Notes: generated by a model from the sequence alone, not told the origin. Positions 36,624 through 50,635 are shown, counted from the stretch's first letter. The stretch: 64,000 nucleotides of DNA from Octopus vulgaris (GCA_951406725.2 OX597815.1:113336001-113400000); one strand, 5' to 3'. Numbers and translations are program-made.

Positions 36624-37675
36624 TTAAGATCAATGTTATATGAGGAAGGGAGATAATTTCAAGACTCGAGAATTTTCAAAAGAAACATGTCACTAAGGAA
36701 AAGGACAAGCTTGTCTGGAGATAAGAGGACAGCCATGGACCACTCCATGGTATTGTTCATGTATTGCCACATAAAACCATATATACACAGACACATGCAT
36801 ACATACATTTTAGTCCTTCCTCTCCTGGTCTCTCTCTCTCTTTTTCTTTCTCCTAGTATTACTACAATTGTCTTAATTCTCCTCAAATAGGAAACTGTGT
36901 CCTGCTCACTCAACAGTCTCACAACCACCCACTTTTCCTCTTCTTGTGAACCACACTATATTTCAACCATACAATATATATTGTACAAAATCAAGCCACC
37001 AAGAGCAACTTCTACACAATCACTCAAGCTGTTAGAAATAGCAAACAATCAATCAGCAACATCTTAAAAAAGAAGGGCTACGTTGGATAATGTGGTCCCT
37101 GATATACAAAAAAATGGGACGGTTATGACGACAATGTTTTTGATCATAGGCCTGCTCTATTAAGGTTGACCTGGGGCTAAACAACACCAACAGCATTGTA
37201 ATAAACTGTCCCCTCTGTCAGTTCATATAACCACAATCCTCACATTCCACTCTCTCTTTCAACACTGAACTTCAGATATATCACTCTTGCCAAACTAGAA
37301 AGTGCTATGTCTACTGACCATTTTCTTTGAATTGAAAAAAGATTAAAACTGCATGGCACCAACAATATTTTCACACCACTATCTACTGTTACCATCACCA
37401 TTGCAAGCCAGCAAGGTAGTCTATACAAGGTTGTTAGAAATACTAGAAATAGCCACTGAATCTCGTTCAAATCAAACTTTCCTATTTTTATAGAGAAAAA
37501 AAAAGAAAAACAGTGTATGTTGAATAATAAAGTCTTGGGTTTCCTGTGCAAAATAAAAAATGGGATGGTTACAGCTGGTATGACTTTGCTCATGGGTTTG
37601 AAAGATCAAGGTGAACCTGAAGCTAAACAACAACAACAATACCAGTGTTTTGGTCATTCAACTTGCTAAAAATAA

Positions 37676-38345
37676 TAAACTGGCCATAATTGGCCCAAAT
37701 ATTCTACCTGTTTTACATTCAAACCAGTCAGATCTAGACTCTCACAAATATACAAATTACATCATTGAAGTCTCAACACTATGCGATAATCCATGATTAA
37801 TTCAAATTGAAGTCTCAATACTATGCGATAAACCATGATTAATTCAAATTGAAGTCTCAACACTATGCGATAAACCATTATTAATTCAAAGCAGTGAATA
37901 AATAAGAATTACACTTAGCACTAATCTGAATGTTAAAGGGTCATGTGGTAAAGGGTATACATAAAAACAGATGTGATGATCAAAGTTAAAATTGCTTTTG
38001 ATTATAGATCTACTCTAATCAATGAAACAAGGGGGTTAACCCTTTAGCATTTAAACCGGCCACATCCAGCCCAAATATTCTACCTGCTTTCTAGTCAAAC
38101 CAGCCTATCTGCAAATGCTCTGCAATATCATTCTGAAAATATACTACTACATCATTGAAGTTTCAATGTTATGAGATAAGCCATGATTAATACAAAGCTG
38201 TGAATAAATAAACATTACACTTGACATTAATCTGAATGTTAAGAGGTTACTTGGTAAAGGATATACATAAAAACAGATGTGATGGTCATACTTAGAGTTG
38301 CTTTAGACCATAGAGCTACTCTAATCAATCAGAGCAAGGGGTTAA
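37676..38345 (+). repeat. Local tandem duplication (about 310-bp core) of a TTAA-CCC MITE plus family-C segment; first unit has a 42-bp x3 internal repeat (37764-37889)
   Basis: CCCAAATATTCTACCTG..CATCATTGAAG..TAATCTGAATGTTAA..ATACATAAAAACAGATGTGATG..CTACTCTAATCAAT..AAGGGG.TTAA occurs twice. Confidence 0.8.
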
Positions 38346-38923
38346 ACAACAACATTCTGTTCCAAAGTACTACCTCCTACCATGACTAATAGCATTAAAT
38401 CCATTTCTGTCGCTGTACTTGACATTATCAATATTACTATTATGAGCCAGCAGAAGTAGCTCCACATGCTTGCTTGACTTGCTTGAAATAATAGCCACAT
38501 TGACATACACTATACTCCACTGCCTTAGGGGAAAGGAAAGAACACACTGAATAATGTAATCTTGAATACTCCTAAAATGTTTGGATGGTCACGGTTGATA
38601 TTCTTTTGACCATAGTTCTACTCAGTTGACCTGGATCTAAAGAACATACAACTACTGTATTACTGCTGTTACTACTACTACTACTACTACTACTACTATT
38701 ACTACGACCACCACTACCACCGCCACCAATGACAACTAGAACAACAACATCTGTATTTAAGGCTACAGCTAGCCAGCACTGAAACTATCATTTCCTATAT
38801 TCTAAGTCTAGCAAAAGTGTGTTTTCCTGTTTACCAACCAACGATACTTTATTCAATGAAGCCCTGTCTTGTCAGTTGATAGAACGATAGAATCCTTCAT
38901 CTAAGAACAATGAAGTCTACTGA

Positions 38924-39004
<81 letters not shown>

Positions 39005-39008
<4 letters not shown>

Positions 39009-39331
39009 CCCCTTCGGTCATGAGTGACCATGGGTTTGCACCTAGAGAGTTAACCTCTGAGGCACAAGTCTGGGCAAGGTTGTTTTATGGAAGACCAGTA
39101 GTCGCCCATGCATACCAGCCTCCCTCTCTCCACGCCACCAGTGTTATCCAAGGGAAAGACAATGGTCGATACAGCTTGGCACCAGTGACGTCGCAACTCA
39201 TTTCTACAGCTGAGTGAACTGGAGCAACGTGAAATAAAGTGCTTTGCTCAAGAACACAACACGCAGCCCGGTCCGGGATTCGAACTCACAACCTCACGAT
39301 CGTAAGCTCGACGCTCTAACCACTGAGCCAT
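39005..39331 (-). mobile_element. Young tRNA-derived CORE-like SINE inserted in (TA)n
   Basis: Minus strand: TGGCTCAGTGGTTAGAGCG (A-box), GAGTTCGAATCCC (B-box), TTCTTGAGCAAAGCACTTT..CACTCAGCTGTAGAAATGAGT. Confidence 0.88.
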
Positions 39332-39698
39332 ATATATATATATTGCAGCTTGTGAACAAGTGTCACTGGTTTTAATGGGCAAATCACTACTTTCATTTTT
39401 GATAGCTGACAGTAACAAGGAAATGTTTGGTATCATAAGGCTTTACCTTGTAGGAATAAGGAATGAGGCAGAAAATATTAATTAATTAGCTGGCATTTTG
39501 CATTTTCTCAAGAATATTTACACAATAAATGCAAAAAAATGCTGCAGATTGACACCTTTCTATAATATCTTACACAATTATGGCAGTGAGGTTTCTTCCT
39601 TCATTATTTTATTAGTTTGTCTTCTGTGACTGGCTTCACTGAAGCAGTGCTTCAATAGTTTTATTTTATTATACAGACTCCTGAATTTTATTATTATA

Positions 39699-39699
39699 A

Positions 39700-39731
<32 letters not shown>

Positions 39732-39999
39732 AATTACTGTATACAGTGCTCAGGTGCACCACAATTTGTCATATGCAGTAATGTACAAATGTCTGGAAAG
39801 TGAACAGTGTATGAGTCAGATACATGCTTGCGTGTGTATGGAGGGGAGAAAATCAGGTGTAGTGTTGACGAATCTCAGGAAGCATGGAAGTTTTGAAGGA
39901 TACAGTGCTCCGACAACTAACAACTGATACCGGCAGTTTGTTCCATGCTTCAGCAACTCTTAACGTGAAAAAATGTTTCCGAAAATCATGGGAGTGGTG
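39699..39999 (-). mobile_element. CR1-like LINE 3' end with (TTA)n tail
   Basis: Minus-strand peptide HDFRKHFFTLRVAEAWNKLPVSVVSCRSTVSFK; a tail remnant also occurs at about 62035-62085(+). Confidence 0.85.
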
Positions 40000-40175
40000 C
40001 CAGGTACTTAATTTCATCAATTTCTAATATGCTGAATGGCTAAGTCCACCTTGGAGTAAAGAAGCATAATTCCATATCAGAAGGTATCATATTTACTGGC
40101 AAACAAGTCAAATTTTTCAGATCAAAATTTACAGGCAAAAAAGGTGGGTCAACTTATATACTAAGATGACTTTAA

Positions 40176-40395
40176 CCCTTTCATCACTGTATTTATTTTG
40201 AGATGCTCTGTGTTTCTTTCAATTATTTTAAATATAACAAAGAATTTAGTAAAATAACTTAGTTATCATTAAGCTAGTGTTAGGAACATAAATTATGACT
40301 AAGGCTTGGTAGAATATTTTAATTCAAAACTTATGAAAACAAGACATTTTACCACAGAGCCAGAGCCGGTTTTGGCCGGGTTAGTAACAAAACGG
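40176..40395. mobile_element. piggyBac-type MITE
   Basis: TTAA TSD on both sides; CCCTTTCATCACT / AGTAACAAAACGG imperfect TIRs; related decayed copies at about 24160-24260 plus 27010-27080, and 30640-30890. Confidence 0.7.
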
Positions 40396-41297
40396 TTAAA
40401 GGACCAAAAAGTCTGTATGAAATGCAGTAGAATCTGGAAAGAGTGTCTATTAAGAAGTTTCAAAAAGTTTCATTGCACATCTGTGGCCTTAACTTTGACA
40501 TTATTCCACTTCACAGATGCAGTGGAGTTTTGTCAGTGAGGGCATGTCATTAGTGAGGTCATGAATGGTGATAAACAGACTCTGCCAGAGAAAACTAACA
40601 ATCAATTGATTGCTCAGTCGATACATTAAACAAACAATTGGATTGTTTGTTGATAAAATAAAGAAGTAGTATTAAACCAGTGTATGTGTTTATTTTAATT
40701 ATTATTGATGTAATGACCCTCCCAAAACACATTAGATTCAACACAAGAATTCACATCAATAATTCTGCAAACCATATACAAAAATGAAACATAATTAATA
40801 CATATTAAATTATTTAATAAATAGTGTTACTAAGAAATAAATGAACATGAATATAACTCTGTGTGTATGGTGGAGGGGTGTTCATAAATGGCTAAAATGA
40901 TTCTTTTTTGATGTAGTTGGTTCAGTTTCAATACATATGCTAAGAAAAGCACATCCAGAAATTATTATGTTAAATACAGTTGATGCATTTGAACTATTCT
41001 AACAAGAAATCAAAGCTAGATTAGGTGGATTAGTTGTAGACTTGATTTGTCAAGAATTTACCTCAGCAACATTTCTGCCATAGATGTCAAAGAAATATGT
41101 ATTATGAAAATTAAAATTGTTTTCTACCATTTAACACTATCCAATATAGCAACTTTCTTTACATTAAAACACTGTCTCATTTTTCATTTCAATACTGTCT
41201 AGCTACTGAGTCAAATATTTTCAAACATAACTTGACTTACATCATTCCAAATCTATTTAAGAGTCTAACCTTGTACCTTCTCACAAGCAAGACACCC

Positions 41298-41351
<54 letters not shown>

Positions 41352-41642
41352 ATAACCTTTTTCATCTGACACAAGATCACCTCCTCCAATGCATGTGCAT
41401 TACACAGTCACTTCATAATGCGGTTTTATTTTTTTTTCATTTCCTGAACTTGTCATTTGTTTGCAGTTGTCATTAAACATTAGTTAAAACTTTTTGTGCC
41501 TAACCACATCCTTTAACCATTTGTCCCTAGCTTCTCCTGTAAATTGATATTCCTTATCCAAAAATAGCATTCTCAGCACATTCTATCTCTAGTCGTTGCA
41601 GATTATTTGCAGACATGAATTTCATTTAATTAAAATTTAGCA

Positions 41643-42000
41643 TTATATGTGCTCGTAAGAGGCAAACCTTTTGTACAGAAAAACAAAGTCTTTATATCAT
41701 TAGAGCTCTCAGCTCTTTCAGCTTGTTTCCTTCTACCCTGTTCATACCCTAGCAACCTTACTTTCTTCTTTTATATGTCTCATTAGAGACAGCCTTTTGT
41801 ACTGAAAGAGAGAGCTTTTATATCCAACATATATACCAGTTTTTTCAACCTTGTCAACACTCTTCACACCTTAGCCTCCACATTCTTTTACATGTGCCTC
41901 TTTAAAGACAACCTTTTATACTAAAAGTGAAAGTCTTTATTTCCAACAGAGCTGTCAGTTTTCTCAACCCTTTTCACATTCTAACCACTATACTTTCACT
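41643..42000 (+). repeat. Old diverged tandem repeat, three units of about 120 bp
   Basis: TTA(T/C)ATGT..AGA(G)ACA.CCTTTT.TAC..AAA...(G)TCTTTAT.TC..CAG recurs three times. Confidence 0.6.
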
Positions 42001-42554
42001 ATCTCCCACTTCAAGTATTGTATATATATCCCTTAGCTTGCAGAACTTATCTACTGCTTCTCAAGTGTCACCATTTCAGCACCCTTCAATTGTCTGCTGA
42101 TTGTGTTGCTAACTGTTTCAGTACATCTGATACAATTCAAGTTTTCATTTTCTTTCAGTCTATCATAGACTTTACTGCACCAACTCAGGGAAATCTTTCA
42201 ACCAAGGAAACTCTACAATGATAGAAAACAAAACAGTTTATGCATGCACTCATTAATAAAAATAATGGCTAAAATATTTAACGATTTCACCATATAAGCA
42301 ATCACCATCATCATCATCACCATCATCCTCATTATTGTTTTTATGTTCATTTTTTTCATACTGGCATGAGCTATAAGAGACTTATTAAGGCAGTATTCTA
42401 TGGAATAGAATTCTGTTATCAACCCTTGCCTGTTTTTCAAGTAAGGTATTGTTATTTCATTGGTTTTCATGCGTTCACACATTGAAAGTGAGGGAACCTT
42501 GCTTGTCTCTTTAACATTTTGATGCATATTCCATCAAAAGTTCATATATGTACA

Positions 42555-42611
42555 CATAGACACACACACACACACACATACACACATACATATATATATA
42601 TATATGTATAT

Positions 42612-42651
<40 letters not shown>

Positions 42652-42707
42652 AACCCATGCTAGCATAGAAAGCGGACACTAAATGATGATGATGATAACT
42701 CATAGCA

Positions 42708-42745
<38 letters not shown>

Positions 42746-42948
42746 AGGTCTGATCAATAAGTATCCGGGCTGTTGCCACAGTAACGAAGCTAAAGCTTTA
42801 CCTTTCAATGGAAAAATTCCTAACAAGCCAACCTTATTATTTATATATTATTTATATACATATATATAAACGAACCTTTCATGGAATATGCATCAAAGTG
42901 TTTAAAGATACAAGCAAATAACTGTAATTTAGAAATTCAATACATACA

Positions 42949-42989
<41 letters not shown>

Positions 42990-43130
42990 TTATATGGAAG
43001 TATGTATATGTATATATATATATAAATACATATACATATATAAATACATACATATACATATATATATATATGTGTGTGTGTGTATATATATATAAATACA
43101 TATACATATATAAATACATACATATACATG

Positions 43131-43195
<65 letters not shown>

Positions 43196-43266
43196 ATATA
43201 TACATATATATATATGTATATATATATATATACATATATATATACACACATACATAAATATATATA

Positions 43267-43297
<31 letters not shown>

Positions 43298-43365
43298 GTA
43301 TATATATATGTATACACATATATATGTGTATTTATTTATATATATATATGCATACATATATATAC

Positions 43366-43399
<34 letters not shown>

Positions 43400-43620
43400 G
43401 TATATATATGTATATGCAAATGCACACATGCATATATACATATATATATACACATGTATGCATAAATAGAGAAAAGAAGGAAGAGCATATTTGTTTTACA
43501 AATGGGATAAAGAGAACTCAAATGTATATGTGTGTGTGTACCCATACATACATATATATACAAAAAAAATATATATATATATATATTTACATGCATACAA
43601 ACACACATACATATATGCGC
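42555..43620. repeat. Large compound (TA)n/(CA)n/(TACA)n microsatellite, with an RTE-tail fragment and a mariner TIR fragment (42744-42795)
   Basis: Directly visible in the sequence. Confidence 0.95.
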
Positions 43621-45945
43621 ACAATGATTTTGGATTCAATGAGGTCTTAGCAAACAATCTCATACTGAGCCTACTGTTTTTAAATTACTACTCCTGAAAT
43701 CTCTTGCTGTTTAATTATGAGTGCAGACACCCTAGAGACTTTCTCTATGTTGATAACAGTAGAAGCAATGGAACAATTCAGGGAGAAATTTGAAACTCAT
43801 TTAAGAAAATCTAGAAATTTTGGCGTCCAAGTTTGATCTATTAGTTATTGGCAATGGAAGTTACAACTGCTATCAAATAGGCAATGGAGGAGATGGTCTT
43901 ATGCATAGTATACATGAAAGAAGTTCATAATATTACATTACAGTATAGGCCATACATGCACCTTGTACTTAACATAGTGTAACAAAAATATGTATTTGTG
44001 GCGAGAATGCATGTAAGTAACAGTACAAACTGTACCCTAAGCTACAACTAGAATCAGCCTATGAGAGGGATGTTTTTGTGGTTGTTCAGCCTGCTAGAAA
44101 TAGCTGCCAAATTTTGCTGGAATCACACTGTACAGTCTCACAAATAGGAAGGACTCATAGGATAATGTAGTTACTGGAATACTTTTGACCATTGGTTTGC
44201 TGGATCAGGACTGACCTGGGCCTAAACACCAACAACAACAACTAGAATCAGTAAATAATCTGTTAAGTTGCCAGATAGGATACTTGGCCTAACACAGCAG
44301 AGATATTATGGGACTGGTATGAATGCATTTACAGGGTGTGTCTGAAAATTTGTTACATAATGGTTATATATTAGGGTGTCACCCAGTATCTGTGGGTTCA
44401 GTTACTAGCTGACACTTCATTGCTAATGTAAGAAGAAGGTATAACTTACATTTGAAATAATACAATAATACAGTATTATGTACTATTGTAATACTAGGAG
44501 TGAATGAAATGAGCCATTACAGATTATGGACTATTGCACAAATTAGACTGACCACCTTAGCTGTCCTTCTTTGTCTACAATATAAATGGCTATACACTCC
44601 TAACTCTCTTGGACAGATGGTAGTTCTTTTTCTAGTGAAGGTTTAACATGACTAGAAACTGGTCCAGCCAAATCCATTTAAGCTACCAGCAGAAAAATAA
44701 AGCCAACAGTTTAGCCACTTCGTTAATTTTTCACAGCACAGCTGAAAAAACAAATGTATATCTGTAACCACTTCTTTGATTTTTCACAGCACAGCTGTGA
44801 GAAATATATATAAGTATATATATTTTATTTGTTTCAGTCATTGCACTGTAACCATGCTGGGGTACTACCTTGAGTTTTTAGTCGAGTGTATCAACCCCAG
44901 TACTTATTCTTAAAGCCTGGTACTTATTCTATTGGTCTTTTTTGCTGAACTGCAAGGTTATGGGGACTGGCTGTCAAACAGTGGTGGGGGTCAAACACAA
45001 ACACAAATACACACACACATAGATATATGTACACGTGTATACAACAAACTTTTTTCAGTTTTCATTTATCAAATCCATTCACAAGGCTTTGGTTGGCCCA
45101 ATACTATAGTAGAAGACACTTGCCCAAGGTGTCACATTGGGATGTATATATTGTAAGACATTTACCAGTACTAATGCCTTATACAGATACACATGCATCA
45201 CACACACACGTACACACTCATACAGAAGCATGGTTGTGTACATATGGTTTCAAATTACATCTCACTGCATGACACCTTAGACAAGTGTCTACTGCTGTAA
45301 CCAATTCCTTGTTGTGAGTAAGTTGTATGGAAGCCTGAGACATACATACACACATGAATCATCATCATCATCACTTTAACATCCCTTTTCTATGCTTTCA
45401 TGGAATTTGTTGATTTTCTACAACTTTCTGTAGGCTTGTACTTATTTCAGCTGAGTAGACTCATGAAACATGTAATAAATGATAAATCATTATCCCAGGA
45501 ACTGAGCACTGATCATGAGCCCAGCACCCTAACCAGTAGGTCATGCTCCTTCATATATTTTCTTCATTTCTTCATTCCTTTTATGTTTGTTTTTCTATGC
45601 TAGCTTGTGTTGAACATTTTTCCTGTTAGCTTGGGCTGGATGGTGACTTATTTGAGACAGGATTTTATGGCTTGGTGTTCTTCCAATCACCAACACTTAC
45701 CCATTTTTCAAGTATAGGATTTTTTATTCTACAGGTTTTTCAAAGAAATTTCAGAGAAATTAGTCATAATGTCAACAAAGAATTTAAGCATCATATGACC
45801 TGCAGTGATAAACACATACACAATGGGCTTTCTACAGTTCCCATGTACCAAATTACTTGCAAAGTAAACTTCTTAAACACATACCCATGTCTGCACCTTA
45901 TTATATATATACACATACATAATTGGTTACTTGTCATGTGCCTCT

Positions 45946-46024
45946 AGCCAACAGGTTGGACAACTCACCTATATCGTTGAGAGCAATAACAGATGTGAAA
46001 CCAATGGTAACTTTCTGACTGGCT
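45946..46024 (+). ncRNA. Degenerate or variant hammerhead-like motif
   Basis: AGGT-TGGACAA-CT-CACCT(..)AGATG-T-GAAA-CC-AAT-GG-TA-ACTT; outer pairing AGCCA/TGGCT. Confidence 0.4.
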
Positions 46025-46702
46025 GTAACCGGCATCTTTACCATCATCATTATCATTTGATATCTGTTATCCATGCTGGCATGGGTTGGACAGCTTGACA
46101 GTAGCTGGCAAGGCCAGGGACCACACAAGGTTCCATAGTCTCTTTTGGTTTGATTTCTACAGCTGGATGCCTTCCTAATGCCAACCATTTTATAGAGTGT
46201 ACTGGGTACTTTTTATGTGGTATACACACATGCACACACACACACATATTCAAGTGAGTGGACAAATATATAAATATATGTAGCTGATGCAGGTGTCACA
46301 TAAGTAGCACCTGTACTGGTGGCACCTTCCAAGCATTGGACCTCATGGAGGCAATAACAAATAACTAAGAGCTTTGGCAATAAGCTGTGCTTACGAAGAA
46401 GGCCCATCAAACCAAGTGAAAATATAGCCATGGCAGATACTGGTGTTACCCATTACACTCTCAGAGTCGTTGGCATTAGGAAGGGCATCCAGCCATAGAA
46501 ACTATGCCAAATCAGACTGGAGTCTGGTACAGCCTCTCAGCTTATCAGCCTTGGTCAAACCATCCAACCCATGTCAGCATGGACAACGGACATTAAAATG
46601 ATGATGATACATTAATATTGAACAATGAGAATGAGTGCTTTCACATGGAACATCGGTGCTCATCTCCATTTTGGGGAGACAAACATTGATGTTCCATGTG
46701 AT

Positions 46703-46754
46703 AGACTTGATAATTGTTGAAGGATTCCCATCAACATGAAACCAATGGTAGCCT
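46703..46754 (+). ncRNA. Type I hammerhead motif with U3-A8 core
   Basis: AGAC-TTGATAA-T-TGTTGA(loop)TCAACA-T-GAAA-CC-AAT-GG-TA-GCCT; one mismatch in stem I. Confidence 0.6.
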
Positions 46755-48337
46755 TAAGCCATAACTAAAGTGTATACATGTATATACATATATGTGTGTG
46801 TATTTGGGAAGATACACAGCTTTATACACATGCATATATAACTATATTTTGTCTTTCGTCTCTTCACGATAATCAGCAGTAAAACATAGGTTTTACTGGC
46901 AAGTGTTCATTATTGCACAAACCTTACCAATAGCAAATGAAAATATTGCACTTAATCAGATTAAATCATTATTAAGAATTTTGGAAATTAATCACAGTAA
47001 TTAGTGACTTCCAATCTCAGCATGCTTATCATTATAGAATATGAAATATAGTAATCCTTTTCAAATTACATCTACTTTTTGATTTCTCTCCAATTTTTCT
47101 TCATTATTTTTTTTGTTTTTTCTTATGTTTAGTTAAACATTTCTTTATTTTCGTCTTTTCTTCATGTTTTTTTTCTTTTTTCTGCTTTTATTTGCTGCTG
47201 TTCATTCTTTCTCTTCTAAACCAGTCATTACTGACCAATACAACAAACCTATACAACCAAACACATTTGCCATAATGCCAACTCATTTCTTAATTCTCTT
47301 AAATCCAGCACAATCATTTCCAGTAACCAAAATCAGCCTGGTGTTGATTAATACATATACATATGTCTTACAAAGGAGATGACAGAGGATCAAGATATGT
47401 GGTACCTTGCTGTACTCAAGAAGACCTGCCCATCACAGCAGAATTGATATCCTAAACCATCTTGGTTAATGCTCCCCTCCCAGCTGAATGGATTTTTGTC
47501 TTGCAAGTTAATCAGTGACCCTGTTGGTGTTGGTGCCACATAAAAAGTACCTGTGCCAGTATCACATAAAAAACACCTGTGCCATTGCCATGTAAAAAAC
47601 ACCCAATACACTCTGTAAAGTGGTTGGTATTAGGAAGGGCATCCTGCTGTAGAAACCAAATCAAAACACACAACTGGAACCTGGTGCAGCTCTCCTGCTT
47701 GTCAGCTCTAACCAAACCATCCAATCCATACCAGCATGGAAATCTGATATCAAATGATAATGACAATGATAATGATGAAATACATATATGGATCAACACT
47801 TGTACTGAACTTTAGGAATATGTTAAGAAAGTTAAGAAATGAGAATAATAAATTAAAGGTAACACATATAGTGTTTATTTTTGTCTTTGTCATATAGTGT
47901 GTAGTTTTGCTGGTAATGTACTAAATATTTGTATATTTATGGTTATGTAAGGTGTAAAAAACATTCGAGTGAGATCGTTGCGAGTGCTGCTAGACTAGCT
48001 CCTGTGCAGGTGGCACATAAAAAACACCATTTGAGTGTGGCCATTGCCAGTACTGCCTGACTGGCCTTCGTGCCAGTGGTACATAAAAGCACCCACTACA
48101 CTCTTGGAGTGGTTGGCGTTAGGAAGGACATCCAGCTGTAGAAACTCAGAGCCTGGTACAGCAATCTGGTTCGCCAGTCCTCAGTCAAATCGTCCAACCC
48201 ATGCTAACATGGAAAGCGGACGTTAAACGAAGAACGATGATAGTTATGTAAGGTGTGTTGGTTTTTATTATACAAAATTTGTTATCCTTTACAAAACTGT
48301 TTAATGTTTGCATTCTTTTACTATTCTGTGATGTCAG

Positions 48338-48800
48338 CAGGGCCAGATTAAAACCTATCGAGGCCCTAAGGACTTAAAAGATTTTAGTGCCCCCATAAAA
48401 GATTATGTAATTCAAAATATAAACAATAAGAAACCATAAAATAATTTTTTATTTTTTCAAAACAAAACAAAACCTATACAACCAAACACATTTGCCTTAA
48501 TGCCAACTCATTTCTTAATTCTCTTAAATCCGGCACAATCATTTCCGGTAATCAAAGTCAGCCTGAAAACAGTGAGAGGGAAAATAGTGTTTATTTTTGT
48601 ATACCTACACTTTATTTATATTTGAAAAGTTTCCTCCTGCATCTATAATTAGTAGAGATAAAGGCATCCCGAATATTATTTTATCAAGTTTAAAGTGATT
48701 TCTTTTGTACCGTAAACTATTTACCATTTCTGTGATGCCCCCTCCTTCCCTTGATGTCCTAAGCACGTTCTTATTATGCTTACTGGTTAATCCAGCACTG
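48338..48800. mobile_element. hAT-type MITE (second copy) with a 95-bp insertion
   Basis: Colinear with 20951-21375; TIR CAGGGCCAGATTAA / TTAATCCAGCACTG. Confidence 0.88.
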
Positions 48801-49012
48801 TGTCAATGTTTATTCATAAAAACTAAAATGTAGAAGAAAATATGGTTGCATTCTACAGTAATGACATTGAAGTTGACGAAGGCCAAATTAAGATAGATGA
48901 CAATGAATGGAGACTTAGGACAACAAAATTAAGGTTGATGATGATGAATTTGACATTGACATTCATGAAATGGAGAGGTCGATGGTGATAAATTTGAGCA
49001 GTAAACTCATTA

Positions 49013-49766
49013 TCTATTATATAAAATCCGTTCTGTCCGTCTGTGTGTGTTGTCTTCTAGGATCTCGGATCTTCTAGGATCCTCCATCCGATTGCACTCA
49101 AATTTGATATGTAGATACTGACGGTATCAGGGCGTGTATAAGTCTTGAAAAAAATTACAAAAATCGATTCCAGGTGAGAATGCAATCGATCAAGCCATGG
49201 GAACATGCATTTGTACATGCAAGTACATCAGCTGTTGCAATGTACTGACTGGTACTTGAAACTCTTCGGTTGCATATTTGTGTGAATAAAATCGTTTTTC
49301 TTTGGAATAGAAAAAAAGTCTATCTTTATTTCTTCTTTTGCTGGTGTCTCAAATTTAGGTTAAATCAGTGTTTCTCAAAGGGGAGGCCTATGGAACGATC
49401 AGACAAGTTGTTTTGAGAAAATTTGGTTTAAATGTTTGACAACTCAGCACCGTCCATTGGACGGGGGGGGGGACGTTTTGCTTGTATTTATGTATATGTG
49501 TATGCATATGTGTGTATGTGTGTGCATCTTTTATCTTGTAATTGCTTCAGTTGTTAAAATGTTGCCATGCTGGAGCACTGTCTTGAAGAATTTTAGTCAA
49601 AGGAATTGACCCCACCCCAACACCTACTTTTTTTTAAGTCTGGTAATTATTCTATCAGTCTCTTTTGTCAGGCAGTGGCAGGGTACAAACAAGGACGCAA
49701 AGACAGACACAAAGACAGACACCAGACATGCACACACAGGTATGCAGTTGTTTGGCAAGTTGCTAG
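49013..49766 (+). mobile_element. Probable non-autonomous Helitron
   Basis: A|TCTATTATATAAAATCCGTTCTGTCCGTCTG 5' end; candidate GCTAG|T 3' end at 49766 without a clear hairpin. Confidence 0.5.
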
Positions 49767-50334
49767 TTCAGAGCTAAAACAATCACGTCATAAGTAAAGT
49801 CGTTGTACACAATATACTGTTATATTTTGGTTTATTATTATTGTATAATAACACATTTACTACCTGACCACCAACACTGTCTCCCACTATATGTTAGTAT
49901 GGAGATATAAAGTAAAAACGTCAGTATCCAGGTCATTGAATTATAGTCTTTATGAGGAAATGAGAGAGCCTCTTCACAGTCGTTCAGCCAGTTAGAAATA
50001 GCAACCAAATCTCTTCAAATTGTAATTTACTGTCTGAGAAAAGTAGAAAAAGTTAATTTTGTTTTAGATGAATCAAAAAGATGGAATAACCATGAGCGGG
50101 ACACGTTTAGTGATACGTTGAACTGGAGATACATTTCAGGGGGTGGGGGTAATTCAGTCACATTGACCCCAGTATTGTTGAACAGGTACTTTATTTTATT
50201 GACCCTGAGAGGATGAAAGGCAAAGTGGACCTAGACAGAATTTGAACTCAGGATGTAAGAATAGACATAATGGTGACAACAACAGTACCAAGTGATGAAT
50301 ATCCTTAATATAAAAAAATATTGTAGTAGATATA

Positions 50335-50635
50335 GTGGAGGCGCAATGACCCAGTGTTTCGGGTCGGAGGATCACGGTTTCGATTCCCAGACTGGGCGGT
50401 ATGTGTGTTATTGACCGAAAACACCTGAATCTCCATGAGGCTCCGACAGGGGGTGGTGGCGACCCCTGTTGTACTCTTTCGCCCCAACTTTCTCTTACTC
50501 TTTCTTCCTGTTTCTTGAGTAACACTGTGATGGACTGGCATCTTGTCCAGCTGGGGGGAACACATACGCCACAGAAACCTGGAAACCAGGCCCATGAGTC
50601 TGGCTAGGCTTGAAGAGGGTGAATAAATAAAAAGA
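50335..50635 (+). mobile_element. tRNA-derived SINE (family F)
   Basis: GGAGGCGCAATG..GGTTTCGATTCCC head, CTGTGATGGACTGGCATCTTGTCCAG 3' motif, A-rich tail; 10-bp TSD AGTAGATATA. Confidence 0.85.

Noticed and set aside
39280-39331. tRNA gene
   Set aside because: The tRNA-like head continues into a SINE body, so it is a SINE promoter rather than a tRNA.
42881-43697. Long YI/VC/HT-rich ORFs (also at 4100, 27771, 55527, 56662)
   Set aside because: They are translations of (TA)n/(CA)n microsatellites.
43723-43836. Protein-like short frame ADTLETFSMLITVEAMEQFREKFETHLRKSRNFGVQV
   Set aside because: Weak splice acceptor and no recognisable homology; cannot be supported without RNA-seq.
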